Shown here one piece after another: positions 38,700 through 49,123 of a stretch of DNA of 64,000 nt (position 1 is its first letter; the number at the start of each line of letters is the position of its first letter). A program made the position numbers and the translations under genes. The stretch lies in the NCBI GenBank assembly GCA_043816965.1, contig JBDRHK010000015.1, forward strand, positions 3,548 to 67,547, in the 5' to 3' direction. Source of the DNA: Candidatus Iainarchaeum sp. Lineage in GTDB: Archaea > Iainarchaeota > Iainarchaeia > Iainarchaeales > JAFCCJ01. Under the pieces are notes generated by a model, which had not been told where the DNA came from, searched no databases, and saw nothing but the letters and a program-made list of their open reading frames with translations.

Positions 38700-39575
38700 T
38701 CATCCTTTCCTCTGTGTCTGCCGATATGCGTCCTGACTTACCTCTTTTATAAGATTCCCCAGTATTTCAATATCCCTTTTTCCTCTAATTGGCAATTTAT
38801 TAACAATTTTCTGCGCCTCTTCAAGTTTTCCTGATAATGCAAGACAGATAACAACCATGCGAACATTGCCATCTCTTCTATAGTTCCTCGCAAGATTTTC
38901 AAGAGTGGTATGCGTCTTAATTTCTTCAGTAATTAAACTCCTTACAGTTCTTGCATCCTCCGATTTCATAAGAAGTAATTTTTCATAAATCTCAAGAGCT
39001 TTTATGAATTTTTTGGCTATGCAAAAATTTATGGCGGCAAGTCTATACTTCCCCCGCCTAAGAGAAATATTCCCCAATTTTTCTAATGCTTTCCTATCAT
39101 TTAATGCTTCTGCTATGCTGGAAGCCACTGAAAAATTCCCCCGCCTTTCAGCAGATGCCATCAGATCCCCCATCAAACCGATCTGCCCCATCCTCCTAAG
39201 AATGAAAGGAATATGCTCAAAGTCCTTCATCCCTGAATTTAATAACCTCTTAAGTGTTCTTTCTGCCGCATTATTTTCGCCATTAATCATATGATTTAAA
39301 GCGGTTTTTAAAATAATTTCATCAGGGCTAAGATGAGACTTATTCAAATCTGCCAATATTTGAGAAAGGGCCTGTTTTTTAGGTTTAAAACTCCTGGCGG
39401 TTTTTCCTTTATGGCTTACAGCCCGCTTGTCAACGGATGAAGGTTTACTTTGAGTTGGTTTGAGAAGGATTAAGTTGGTAGTTTTCCTATTACCCATAAA
39501 AGAAGAACACTTCCACGAAATATAATAATTTGCTTCTTTAAAAATTCCGAAAAAACCAATAAAAACAGAATTCAA
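38700..39575 (-). CDS. hypothetical protein (alpha-helical repeat)
   Basis: No family recognised. Probable start at internal MGNRKT. Confidence 0.3.
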   Translation of the reverse strand: MNSVFIGFFGIFKEANYYISWKCSSFMGNRKTTNLILLKPTQSKPSSVDKRAVSHKGKTARSFKPKKQALSQILADLNKSHLSPDEIILKTALNHMINGENNAAERTLKRLLNSGMKDFEHIPFILRRMGQIGLMGDLMASAERRGNFSVASSIAEALNDRKALEKLGNISLRRGKYRLAAINFCIAKKFIKALEIYEKLLLMKSEDARTVRSLITEEIKTHTTLENLARNYRRDGNVRMVVICLALSGKLEEAQKIVNKLPIRGKRDIEILGNLIKEVSQDAYRQTQRKG

Positions 39576-39578
39576 AAT

Positions 39579-39815
39579 TCACATTTTCCTTATTCCGTCG
39601 CAGGAAGGATATGCCGCGCAGCCCCAGAAATTTCCATATTTTCCAACTCTAGGAGCCATCGCAATCCCGCATTCAGGGCATAGTGGCGCTTTCCCGATAG
39701 TTTGGGTGTGCTTGCCGCAGACAGGCTGTTTTGCCTTGTTATAGGCCACAGCATTTCCATCGCATACAGTGCATTTCATCAAAATCAACCTTGCCGGATT
39801 ATATGTAAGACTCAT
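39579..39815 (-). CDS. small zinc-ribbon protein with topoisomerase-type C4 zinc finger
   Basis: CTVCDG...CGKH...CPECG...GKYGNFWGCAAYPSCDG resembles zf-C4_Topoisom. Divergent from orc1/cdc6. Confidence 0.5.
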   Translation of the reverse strand: MSLTYNPARLILMKCTVCDGNAVAYNKAKQPVCGKHTQTIGKAPLCPECGIAMAPRVGKYGNFWGCAAYPSCDGIRKM

Positions 39816-39891
39816 ATGTTTAAATTACTTTTCACGAAGGGGACTCAATTCTTTTTTAATATTGTTTTTACAACTATTAAATAGGTACAAT

Positions 39892-41019
39892 ATGAAAAGG
39901 AACATTTTTGACAATGCCAGGGGTGAAAAGCGCATTTTCAAGGACGAAAGATATCTCTATCCGGAATTTGTCCCTGAGAGGCTTTCCCACAGGGATTCTG
40001 AAATCAACAGCCTTGTATACGCATTCAATCCTGTTGCCAAGGGCGGAAAACCCCATAATGTTTTTGTCACAGGGGCAACAGGGACAGGGAAAACAGTGAG
40101 CGTGAAATATGTCCTGAACGAACTGGAGGAATACAGCGACAGGGCTAAGAAACTATACCTGAACTGTTTTGAATACAATTCCCGCCATGCAATCCTATCA
40201 AAAATCGCGAATTTTCTTGGGGCGCCGATTCCAAGAAGGGGCCTTGCAACAGACGAGATTTACTCCAAGATGCTGGAGGCAATGAAAAAGGTGGATTTCT
40301 TCCCGATAATAATCCTTGATGAAATCGACCAGATAATGAACATAACAGAATCCTCCAATCTGCTTTATGATTTATTGAGGGTAATTGAGTATCAGAGAAA
40401 CCGTTTCGGACTTGCGATAATTTCCAATGACCCGTCTTTCACCTCAAAACTTGACTCAAGGGTCAAAAGTTCCCTTGCGGAGGAGAAAGTTGTTTTCAAT
40501 CCCTATACCCCGATCCAGATTAAGGACATATTGAAAGAAAGGGCAAACTACGCTTTCCAGGGGGATGCGCTTAATGAAGAGGTAATCCCAGTTGCCGCAG
40601 CCCATGCCGCGAAAAGGGGAGGGGATGCGAGGGTTGCGATAGAGGCGCTCTGGAAAGCAGGAAGGGAAGCTGAAAGGGAAAATGCGGGGAAAGTTGAATT
40701 AAAGCATTTGAAAATGGCATTTGAGATTGTGGATTCGGTTTCTGCCCTGAAGCACGTGAAGGAGCTTGATGACAACGAAAAGGCGGTTCTCAAAATCATC
40801 GCCGAGCTTAGCCCAATCGCTTCAGGGGATTTGTATGAGAAATACTGCGCTTCAGAAAAGGAGCCCCTTTCCCAGCGCAGGGTGAGTGAATTCGTAACCA
40901 ACCTCGAAAAAAGGAATTTAGTTTCTGCAGCTCTTATAAGCATGGGCAACAAGGGAAAAACAAGGCAGATTTCCCTCACTGCGCCAAAAGATGCCGTGCT
41001 GAAAGAATTAACGGATTAA
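39892..41019 (+). CDS. cdc6: Orc1/Cdc6 replication initiator
   Basis: ERYLYPEFVPERLSHRDSEINSL...VFVTGATGTGKTVSVKYV...ILDEIDQ..., C-terminal winged helix. The track ORF (39769) over-extends; the ATG at 39892 matches family N-termini. Confidence 0.9.
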   Translation: MKRNIFDNARGEKRIFKDERYLYPEFVPERLSHRDSEINSLVYAFNPVAKGGKPHNVFVTGATGTGKTVSVKYVLNELEEYSDRAKKLYLNCFEYNSRHAILSKIANFLGAPIPRRGLATDEIYSKMLEAMKKVDFFPIIILDEIDQIMNITESSNLLYDLLRVIEYQRNRFGLAIISNDPSFTSKLDSRVKSSLAEEKVVFNPYTPIQIKDILKERANYAFQGDALNEEVIPVAAAHAAKRGGDARVAIEALWKAGREAERENAGKVELKHLKMAFEIVDSVSALKHVKELDDNEKAVLKIIAELSPIASGDLYEKYCASEKEPLSQRRVSEFVTNLEKRNLVSAALISMGNKGKTRQISLTAPKDAVLKELTD

Positions 41020-41100
41020 TTCGATAACACCTTCTTTCGTACGCCGCACCGGAAACCCACTCCCGAAGGCGTATTTAAAGACCCAATACAAAATTTTATT

Positions 41101-42363
41101 ATGGGTATTAAAGGACTTGATTGTAAAACAGAATATCATTGGTTTGATGAGCCAGATACTGTAAGAGTTAGATTAGAAAAAGAGCTCTGGGAAATATTTA
41201 TAAATAAGGCAATTGCGAAGGCAGGCTCAAGAACCAGATTAGCAAATGCAACTGGACTATGCAAGGTAACTGTTTTCAATTATTTCCACAATATAAGTTT
41301 GACCGTAGGAGGGGTAAAGAAAATTCTTAATTTTTTAAACATTGATTACATGTCGGTTGAAGATAAAGTTAGGGAAATTGCTTGGACTAAAAACATTAAA
41401 TTGCCAATAAAACTTAATACGCCATCTATGGCTACTATTTTAGCAGCAGTAATTGGAGATGGAACTATTAGTGAAGTGCACGTAGAATATAAAAACAAGG
41501 ATAGTGAGCTACTGAATAAAGTCGAGAAAGAAATAAAAAAGACTTTTGGAAATGTTAAAATAGATCATAGAATTTCTGAGAAGGGCATTCCTTATATAGT
41601 TGCTAACAAAATTGTTAAAAGAGTTTTAATAAACGTTGGAGTGCCCGTTGGCAAAAAATTAAATAAAAATTCTGGAGTTCCAAAGATTATTGTGAATGGT
41701 TCAAAAAGAATGCAAAAAGCATTTATTCAGCAATTATTTGATGATGAAGGTTGGGTTGAAAACACCAATTATAAAATTGGATTATCGCAAGCCAATGAGT
41801 GTACTAATGCAATTAACAAAAAATTTTTTTCTGGAATGAAAATAAACAAGCCCTACAGCATAAATAAAATCCCCGAAGAAAATCGAAATAATGTTTTGCC
41901 TCCTCAACTCTTAACAGGCATAAGAAAAATCCTACATGAAAAATTTTTAGTCGAGTCCAATCTAAGGCTAAAAAGAATAATAAGGCGGAGAAAAGGATAT
42001 GTTACTGCATTCTGGGAACTTAATGTGGGCAAGAAAGAATCATTATTAAACTTCAAAAATAGAATTGGATTTTATTGCAAGAGAAAAAGAAAAGACTTTG
42101 ATTTAATGGTTGGATTAAGAGAAAGCATGGTTCCAAAAGACATTCTAAGTCAAATATTTTACGAAGGAGCGAATCTTTCGAAGGAAAATGGGAGGTTTAA
42201 AGTTAAGGAAATATCCAAAAAGGTAAATCTCCACCCGTCCCGTATCAGGAAGAGGCTACAGACTCTCGTAAAAAGAGGTGTTTTTTATAAGAAAAATGGC
42301 GACTATGGCCTAAATCATAGTTATTTAATTAAAACCTTTTTTAACTCAACTAATAGGGGTTTA
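41101..42363 (+). CDS. HTH-LAGLIDADG homing endonuclease-like ORF, in frame with the downstream GTPase (no stop between)
   Basis: Motifs ILAAVIGDGTIS and FIQQLFDDEGWV. Shares the WTKNIKLPIKL / HTKGAKRAVPLAL block and HTH region with the HEN at 54451..55527. Confidence 0.55.
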
Positions 42364-43560
42364 ATGCAAATAGGTTGTGTGGGTAAACCATCGAGTGGTA
42401 AGAGCACGTTTTTCAGTGCTGCAACACTTACTGATGTTGAAATTGATATGCGGCCATTCACAACTATCAAAGCTAATATTGGAACAGGATATATAACGAC
42501 AAAATGCGTGCATGGGGAATTTGGCAAACAGTGCCAACCCCAGAATAGTAAATGCGTAAATGGCATTAGACTCATACCAATTCAACTTTTAGATGTTGCA
42601 GGGCTAATTGAAGGTAGCTGGCAAGGTAAAGGACTTGGAAATTCTTTCATGTCGGATTTAATGCAAGCAAGTGCTTTAATCCATGTTTTGGATGTTGCCG
42701 GAATAACAGATGCGCAGGGCAATGTCTGTGGTTCAGGAACGCATGATCCGGCAGTTGACATTAAGTTTCTCGAGAGGGAGATTTCATATTGGATAAAAAG
42801 CATTTTAACAAAAAACTGGGCTAAAATAAGTAAACAATCCGGATTGAATGAGAAGGGTCCTGGAGTAGCATTGGCAAAACAGTTGAGCGGATTGGGAATA
42901 AGTGAAGATTGTGTGAATGATGTTTTGAAAGAAGGCAATTTCAGTGATAAGCCATATTCATGGAACGAAGAAGAAATTTTGAGATTTAGCGGGCTGGTTA
43001 GGGATAAAAGCAAACCTTTGTTGATTGCTGCCAATAAGATAGATCTTGCTGGGGCGCGAGAAAAATATGAAAAAATAAAGAAAGAATTTCCAAATTATAA
43101 GATTTTTCCAACTTCCGGAGCGGCAGAGCTTGCATTAAGAAAAGCAGAGAGAAATGGGATAATAAAGTATGTTCCAGGTGAAGATAAGTTCGAGATTGTA
43201 AAAGGAGATATTGATGAAAAGCAAAGGAAAGGATTAGATTTTATTCAGAAAAATATCCTTGATAAATATGGTTCGACCGGGATACAGAACGTGTTAAATA
43301 AAACAGCATTTGAACTTTTGGATTTGATAGTAGTTTATCCTGTTGAGGACCAGAATAAGTGGACAAGTGGGCAGGGAAATATTCTCCCAGATGCTTATTT
43401 GTTGAAGAGAGGAAGTACTCCAAAAGATTTATCTGGCAAAATTCACAGTGATTTTATTGATAAGTATATTGGGTCAATAAATTGCAAAACAGGCCAAAAG
43501 ATTTCTGAAAATTATAAACTGCAAAACAACGATGTTATCAAAATTATGCTCTCTCACTAA
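42364..43560 (+). CDS. Obg-family GTPase (YchF/Ygr210-like) with C-terminal TGS domain
   Basis: G1 MQIGCVGKPSSGKSTFFSAAT, G3 DVAGL, NKID G4 (ANKIDL), C-terminal TGS. 399 aa is full length for the family. Confidence 0.85.
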   Translation: MQIGCVGKPSSGKSTFFSAATLTDVEIDMRPFTTIKANIGTGYITTKCVHGEFGKQCQPQNSKCVNGIRLIPIQLLDVAGLIEGSWQGKGLGNSFMSDLMQASALIHVLDVAGITDAQGNVCGSGTHDPAVDIKFLEREISYWIKSILTKNWAKISKQSGLNEKGPGVALAKQLSGLGISEDCVNDVLKEGNFSDKPYSWNEEEILRFSGLVRDKSKPLLIAANKIDLAGAREKYEKIKKEFPNYKIFPTSGAAELALRKAERNGIIKYVPGEDKFEIVKGDIDEKQRKGLDFIQKNILDKYGSTGIQNVLNKTAFELLDLIVVYPVEDQNKWTSGQGNILPDAYLLKRGSTPKDLSGKIHSDFIDKYIGSINCKTGQKISENYKLQNNDVIKIMLSH

Positions 43561-43707
43561 CATTATATAAGATTTTATAAGATTTAAGAATTTACCAACA
43601 ATTCCTATCTGCATTCAACCACAATTAATCAATTTATGGAAAAAGCCTTATTAGGATATACTAAAATTCAGTCAATATATTTATGGATTTCCCTCAGAAT
43701 ATATATT

Positions 43708-45081
43708 ATGGCTGATTTATGGACAGACAAATATTCCCCGAAAACTCCTGAGGAATTTGTCGGAAACAGCGAAATTCTCGCAAAAGCCCTTGATTGGGCC
43801 AATGGATGGGGCCAGGGGAAAAAACAATCCCCGCTGCTTTTATGGGGCCAGACAGGCTCAGGGAAAACATTGCTGGCATATTTGATTGCAAAGCTGCAGG
43901 ATTGGGAGATGTTTGAGTTAAATGCATCTGATTTCAGGTCCAAAGATATAATTGAAAGAATTGCAGGTGCGGCGGCGGCAAATGCGAGCTTCTCCGGAAA
44001 GAAAAGGCTTGTGCTGATTGATGAGTTGGACGGGCTGCACGGCACCAAGGACAGGGGCGGAGCCGGAGCGATTGCTTCTGTAATCCGGCAGGCGCAGAAC
44101 CCGATGATTTTAACCGCGAATGACATTTACTCCAACAGGAATATTTCCTCCCTGAGGTTTGCCTGCACAACACTGGAATTCAAGAAAATAAATTACCTTT
44201 CCATTGCAAAACGCCTGAGGGAAATTCTGGATGGGGAGAATGCAAAGTATGATCCTGAAGCAGTAAAGGAACTCGCAAAAAACTCCGGGGGGGATTTTCG
44301 TTCTGCGCTTCTGGATTTACAGACCCTTGCAATGGAGGATGAAATAGGGATGAAGGAAGTCCAGTCCATGGGGGGGAGGGAAAGAAGCGAAAAGATATTT
44401 ACAGTTATGAAATACGTCTTTAAAGGAAAGGATTTAGGGGAGATAAGGAAGGCAAGGATGGCATCTGACCTAAGCAATGATTTATTGCAAAGATGGGTTG
44501 AGGAAAACATCCCTAGGCAGTATTCCGGCGCAGATATGGCAAAGGCATTTGACAGGTTCAGCAGGTCTGATATTTTTAACGGGAGGATAAGAAGGATGCA
44601 GTACTGGGGCTTTCTCCGTTATTCATCAGAACTTATGACCTCAGGAATTGCATTTTCTAGGGAGAATGATTACAGTTCATTTGTCCCCTACCAGTTCCCA
44701 ACACTCCTCTCTAAACTTTCAAAATCCCGCCCAATAAGGGAGCTGAAAAAAGGGCTTGGGAGAAAAGTGGGGAAACAAATACACTCCTCAGCAAGGGATG
44801 TTATGGCCCATGACCTCCCTTTTATGCAGATGCTTTTCGAGCAGAAAGAACTTGCCCCAAGAATCGCCGCCCAGTTTGACCTGAATGAGAAAGAAGTTGC
44901 GTTCCTAATGAACACAAAACCAGAAACAAAGAAAGTGCAAAAAGTAATTGAGGAGGCTGCTGAATTGAGAACCCAAAACATTACTGAAAAAAGGTCAATC
45001 TTCCGCGAAAACTTCAGCTCCAAGGAAAAAATCGAAGAGAAACCGGAAGAAGAAAGCGGCAACCAAACCAAATTATTCTAA
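43708..45081 (+). CDS. rfcL: replication factor C large subunit
   Basis: MADLWTDKYSPKTPEEFVGN...LLLWGQTGSGKT...VLIDELDGL... The track ORF starts at 43636; the ATG at 43708 fits homologs. Confidence 0.88.
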   Translation: MADLWTDKYSPKTPEEFVGNSEILAKALDWANGWGQGKKQSPLLLWGQTGSGKTLLAYLIAKLQDWEMFELNASDFRSKDIIERIAGAAAANASFSGKKRLVLIDELDGLHGTKDRGGAGAIASVIRQAQNPMILTANDIYSNRNISSLRFACTTLEFKKINYLSIAKRLREILDGENAKYDPEAVKELAKNSGGDFRSALLDLQTLAMEDEIGMKEVQSMGGRERSEKIFTVMKYVFKGKDLGEIRKARMASDLSNDLLQRWVEENIPRQYSGADMAKAFDRFSRSDIFNGRIRRMQYWGFLRYSSELMTSGIAFSRENDYSSFVPYQFPTLLSKLSKSRPIRELKKGLGRKVGKQIHSSARDVMAHDLPFMQMLFEQKELAPRIAAQFDLNEKEVAFLMNTKPETKKVQKVIEEAAELRTQNITEKRSIFRENFSSKEKIEEKPEEESGNQTKLF

Positions 45082-45143
45082 TCATGAATTAACCTACCCA
45101 AAAGAATAAATATAATAATCTGCCTAATTATGTCGGTGTTTTT

Positions 45144-45569
45144 ATGAGAAAACCAAGAAAGCCATCTACCCCGACTCCTGATGGGAAAATGGTAAAAGGA
45201 GAACAAATGGAAAAAAGGCTTGGCGACAGGCGTCAAATAGAAACCTGGACTAAAGAGCACCCGCTGCCTAAAGAAATTTACGGTAGACGAAACCCCCCCC
45301 TTAGTTATGCAATTGTTAATGGTGCCGGAAAAAACAGAAAAGTTATTGATTTACGTGAGTCTGAACATGGGGAGCCGTATCCTTATAAGGAAGGGCTGAA
45401 AGTAGTAAAAGGAAGAAGAGATGGTCTGGTTAAACGTGTTATTAAACGTGTTATGAAAACAAATTCCAAATACCCTTTTCTCAATGGAAAGGTCATAACT
45501 TCGGAAGATGCAGGGCCGCGATTAGCAACCACGAGAAGAGAAAGAGGGGAAAGGCGCATAAAAAAATAA
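45144..45569 (+). CDS. hypothetical basic protein
   Basis: 141 aa, Arg/Lys-rich. TATA-like aaagaataaatata upstream. No family. Confidence 0.3.
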   Translation: MRKPRKPSTPTPDGKMVKGEQMEKRLGDRRQIETWTKEHPLPKEIYGRRNPPLSYAIVNGAGKNRKVIDLRESEHGEPYPYKEGLKVVKGRRDGLVKRVIKRVMKTNSKYPFLNGKVITSEDAGPRLATTRRERGERRIKK

Positions 45570-45586
45570 AACCAAGGGCCAGCTTT

Positions 45587-47224
45587 CTAAATTTCAATTT
45601 CCATAACACTAACAGGCATTTCCAAACCAAACGCATCAAGGGTTTTCCTGTTTATTTCCCCGAGAACACCCCTCTTCTTTCCCATTGAAATTTCCCCGCT
45701 TTTCCCCTTCTCAAATGCAGGGTCGCTGGAATCTGAAATGGAATAATTAATTCCCAAATTGCTGCAGACCGCATCGAGGACAGATTTCATCTGGGTAAAC
45801 CCAAATCTCCTGTCGCTTACCACAATACATAGCTTTTCCATTTCCTTAACGCCAGTTTCGTTTTTAGGGCCCAGTTCAAGTGCCCTCCCTATTTCAAAAA
45901 TCCTCTGAGGATAATCTGCGTTCTTGTTCCTGAATAAAAATCCCAAATGCTCGGGGTAAAGCCTTTTTCGCATAATTACCCAGTTAAGTGAAACAGGATT
46001 GGCAAGCTCAACAAATTTCTCGCCCTTAAGGCCAATCTTTCTCTCCTGCCTCTCCCTGGAGCTAAGGACAAAAGTGAGAATTTCCTGCAGGCCCAAACCA
46101 ACACAGACATCCCTCACCTTATCAAGGTAAATGCTTTCCACCCTTTCATGCCCGACAACATCCATCTCCACCTTTTCCGGTTTTATGGAATTAAATCCCT
46201 CACTAATAAGCACATCCTCAATAACATCCACTGCATGTATTATATCTCTTCTATAATCCGCATAAGTAACCTCAACTTTCTTACCCTTCAATTTCCCGAC
46301 CATTCCTGATTTCTGAATTAGGGAAAGGAAATGTCTAGATGTAAAATCAATTCCCGACATCTTCCTTGCAAAATCCAAATCAACAGAAATTTTCTTCGTT
46401 CCAAATTCAGGAGTTGTTAATTTCTTTCCATTATACTTAATCTCGACAGATTCAATCTTCCCGCCCCTGTCTGCCAAAGCCATGCAGATTATTTTCAGCG
46501 CGGTGTTAATCTTCTCCTGATCAAAACCAGTGACATCAACAAACAAATTCCTTGTTTTTTCAGTTATCTTCCCGCTTCCAGCAGAATTGATGATTGGCGG
46601 CATTGAAAGAACCTCGCCCTTGCTGTCCACCAGCAGTGGAAACTTGTCAAACTTCGCAATTAAATGTCCGTACTCCTTTCCCTTCGGATGCTCCTGCAGA
46701 ATTTCATCCAGCCTCATTTTCACACCATAATCAAGCGGAATAAATTCCTCACTCTTCTTGGCGGCATAGTACTTAACATTTCCATGAACCTGATCCAAAT
46801 CAAATAAACCTATTGCAACTTCATCCCGTTTCCTGCCAAAAGTCATGCAGATTTTCTCCTGCAACTGAACTATCTGGCGAATAAATTCATCAGTAACTTT
46901 AACCCCCCTCGCAATCGCATATGCTGCCTTTGGCCTTATATTTTTGAGAGCAGGGTCAACCTCAGCTGAAATCCCTGATTTCTTAACCTTGTATTCAGGC
47001 ATTCCTTTCCTTATACCCAATCTCCCCTTAAGTTCCCTTGCAATTCCTTCAGTGCTCCACAAATCTGGCCGGTTGGTATCTTTCATATCAACCTTTAGCA
47101 AATCCCCTTCCCAGGCATCAACCTCGCCCTTGACATACATGAGCGCGTCCTCAAGTTCCTGCTTGGAGAATTTCTTCCCGATTAATTTTTCCAGATCTTT
47201 CTTCTCAACTTCCACAGTAGGCAT
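45587..47224 (-). CDS. pheT: phenylalanyl-tRNA synthetase beta subunit (archaeal type)
   Basis: MPTVEVEKKDLEKLIGKKFSKQELEDALMYVKGEVD..., B3/4 and B5 regions. 545 aa. Confidence 0.9.
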   Translation of the reverse strand: MPTVEVEKKDLEKLIGKKFSKQELEDALMYVKGEVDAWEGDLLKVDMKDTNRPDLWSTEGIARELKGRLGIRKGMPEYKVKKSGISAEVDPALKNIRPKAAYAIARGVKVTDEFIRQIVQLQEKICMTFGRKRDEVAIGLFDLDQVHGNVKYYAAKKSEEFIPLDYGVKMRLDEILQEHPKGKEYGHLIAKFDKFPLLVDSKGEVLSMPPIINSAGSGKITEKTRNLFVDVTGFDQEKINTALKIICMALADRGGKIESVEIKYNGKKLTTPEFGTKKISVDLDFARKMSGIDFTSRHFLSLIQKSGMVGKLKGKKVEVTYADYRRDIIHAVDVIEDVLISEGFNSIKPEKVEMDVVGHERVESIYLDKVRDVCVGLGLQEILTFVLSSRERQERKIGLKGEKFVELANPVSLNWVIMRKRLYPEHLGFLFRNKNADYPQRIFEIGRALELGPKNETGVKEMEKLCIVVSDRRFGFTQMKSVLDAVCSNLGINYSISDSSDPAFEKGKSGEISMGKKRGVLGEINRKTLDAFGLEMPVSVMEIEI

Positions 47225-47225
47225 T

Positions 47226-48665
47226 TTATTTCACCATTTTGCTGTTTCTTAACCAGTTCAAATCTTCGCTGAACAAATATCTAATATCTTTAATCCCAAG
47301 CTTAAACATCGCCAACCTGTCAATTCCAATCCCCCAAGCAATTGCCTGGCCCTTAATCCCCAAATTCTCCAGCATCTCAGGCCTGAACATTCCACTTCCC
47401 CCCAATTCAATCCACCCTAAATCAGGGTGCTTGGCGGAAAGTTGCACAGATGGTTCTGTAAATGGATAATAATCGGGATAAAATTTCACTTCTTCAGCCC
47501 CCGCAAATTCAATCGCAAACTGTTTCAACATCCCTAGCAGATGCCTGAAATTCAAATCTTCGCCGACAATAAATCCCTCACACTGGTTGAACTCAATCAA
47601 ATGCGTGGCATCCAAAACATCAGGCCTAAAGCATCGCGCAATCGCAAAATATTTCCCAGGAACCTGCAGATTGTGAATCAGCTGCCTTGCCGAATGTGCG
47701 GTCCCATGCGCGGCAGGCATCAATTTTGCCGCAATTTCCTCAACCCAGCTATAACCCCAGCCAGAAGAGGCAGAAACACCTCCTGTTTCGTGCGCATCCT
47801 TCACTGCCTTGACAATTTTCTTGTCAGGCAACTTTCCCAATTTAGGATTCTTCAATTGATAGGTATCGGACCAGCTCCTTGCAGGATGGTTCTGCGGCTG
47901 GAAGAGAACATCAAAATTGTAAAACTCCTGAACAACTAGAGGGGCATACATTTCCTTAAAGCCCAGTTCAGTTAACTTCCTCCTAACACTATTAAGGAAC
48001 TGAACATAAGGCTGCTTCTTTCCAATAAATATTTTCGGAACCTCGCCATGGATGTTATACTTTCTTTCCTTAACTCCCTTAAGCTGGGAAAGAACCTTCT
48101 CCCCTGGAGAATTAATCTTCACCTTCCTTTCAACAGCCTCTCTCTTCTCAACCAGCCCCCGCTTAATCAAATTCGCAACTTCAGATTCGGCCGTATTTTC
48201 AATTTCCGAGAGAATGCTTTTCCCGGATTTCCTTGAAAGAAAATCCTTCCCAACCTCTGTAATTTCAATCTCCTGTTTTCCGGGAACAATCGCAATATAC
48301 GCATTCCTCTTGTTCAAACCAAGAGCAATATTGAATTCCTGCTGGTCCAATTCAGCACTCTTTTTCAAATCATCAAAGCCCTGCCTTTCCCTCCCGCTCA
48401 AAGAATTCAGCATCCTTTCCTCAGGAAGCCCTTTCTCCAAAGCAGTCTTCCCCTTGGCAGTAAGCCCAAGCATAATTTCTCCGCTTTCGCTTAGGTCAAC
48501 AATCTTTTTCTCAGCCATCCATGCCATTGCCCTCCGCGCAGAATCAATTCCAATTCCTGCCCTTTCGCCCAATTCCTTGGCATTCATTTCCCCCCCTTCA
48601 GAGAGGGCCTTAAGCGAATCCTGCTCTATTTTTGACAAACTCTCGGCAATTGCTTTCAGATCCAT
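47226..48665 (-). CDS. pheS: phenylalanyl-tRNA synthetase alpha subunit (archaeal type)
   Basis: Class II motifs, FQPQNHPARSWSDTY, N-terminal wHTH region. 479 aa. Confidence 0.9.
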   Translation of the reverse strand: MDLKAIAESLSKIEQDSLKALSEGGEMNAKELGERAGIGIDSARRAMAWMAEKKIVDLSESGEIMLGLTAKGKTALEKGLPEERMLNSLSGRERQGFDDLKKSAELDQQEFNIALGLNKRNAYIAIVPGKQEIEITEVGKDFLSRKSGKSILSEIENTAESEVANLIKRGLVEKREAVERKVKINSPGEKVLSQLKGVKERKYNIHGEVPKIFIGKKQPYVQFLNSVRRKLTELGFKEMYAPLVVQEFYNFDVLFQPQNHPARSWSDTYQLKNPKLGKLPDKKIVKAVKDAHETGGVSASSGWGYSWVEEIAAKLMPAAHGTAHSARQLIHNLQVPGKYFAIARCFRPDVLDATHLIEFNQCEGFIVGEDLNFRHLLGMLKQFAIEFAGAEEVKFYPDYYPFTEPSVQLSAKHPDLGWIELGGSGMFRPEMLENLGIKGQAIAWGIGIDRLAMFKLGIKDIRYLFSEDLNWLRNSKMVK

Positions 48666-48730
48666 AATAACCCTACTATTTGAACAATGAATTAATTAAA
48701 TATTAAATAGGTGTATATATAAGTTGTCTT

Positions 48731-49123
48731 ATGAAAGATAAGAAAAAAGAGTTAATTCTGCTGGATTCCAGCGCGGTCCTAAATGACTTCAATTTCGAGT
48801 TTGATTCTGAAAAGGGCTATTACACAACCTCGAAAGTATTTGGCGAATTCAGGGATTTAAGGTCAAGGGCATTGGTTGATAATGCCCTGAAAATGGAAAC
48901 CCTGAAAATTGTCGACGCCTGCCCATTGAGCGTCCAGAATACAATGAAAGAGATTGGAAGAACCAGGCTTAGCGATGCCGATATTTCAATAGCGGCACTT
49001 GCAAGGGATTTCAAAAAAAAGAACGAAATTTTCTTAGTAATAACCGATGATTTCAGCCTGCAGGCCGCGCTGAAAAAAATCGGAATAAAATTCAAAGGGG
49101 TTTTCCGCGGAAGCATAAAATAG
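48731..49123 (+). CDS. PIN-domain protein (Nob1/VapC-like)
   Basis: LILLDSSAVLN...LSDADISIAALARDF...LVITDDFSLQAALKKIG, acidic residues in the PIN pattern. Confidence 0.55.
   Translation: MKDKKKELILLDSSAVLNDFNFEFDSEKGYYTTSKVFGEFRDLRSRALVDNALKMETLKIVDACPLSVQNTMKEIGRTRLSDADISIAALARDFKKKNEIFLVITDDFSLQAALKKIGIKFKGVFRGSIK

Noticed and set aside
41020-41100. ORB-like origin recognition boxes downstream of cdc6
   Set aside because: Only a single ccggaaaccc...cccgaagg segment with a short hairpin. No repeated ORB consensus could be confirmed by eye.
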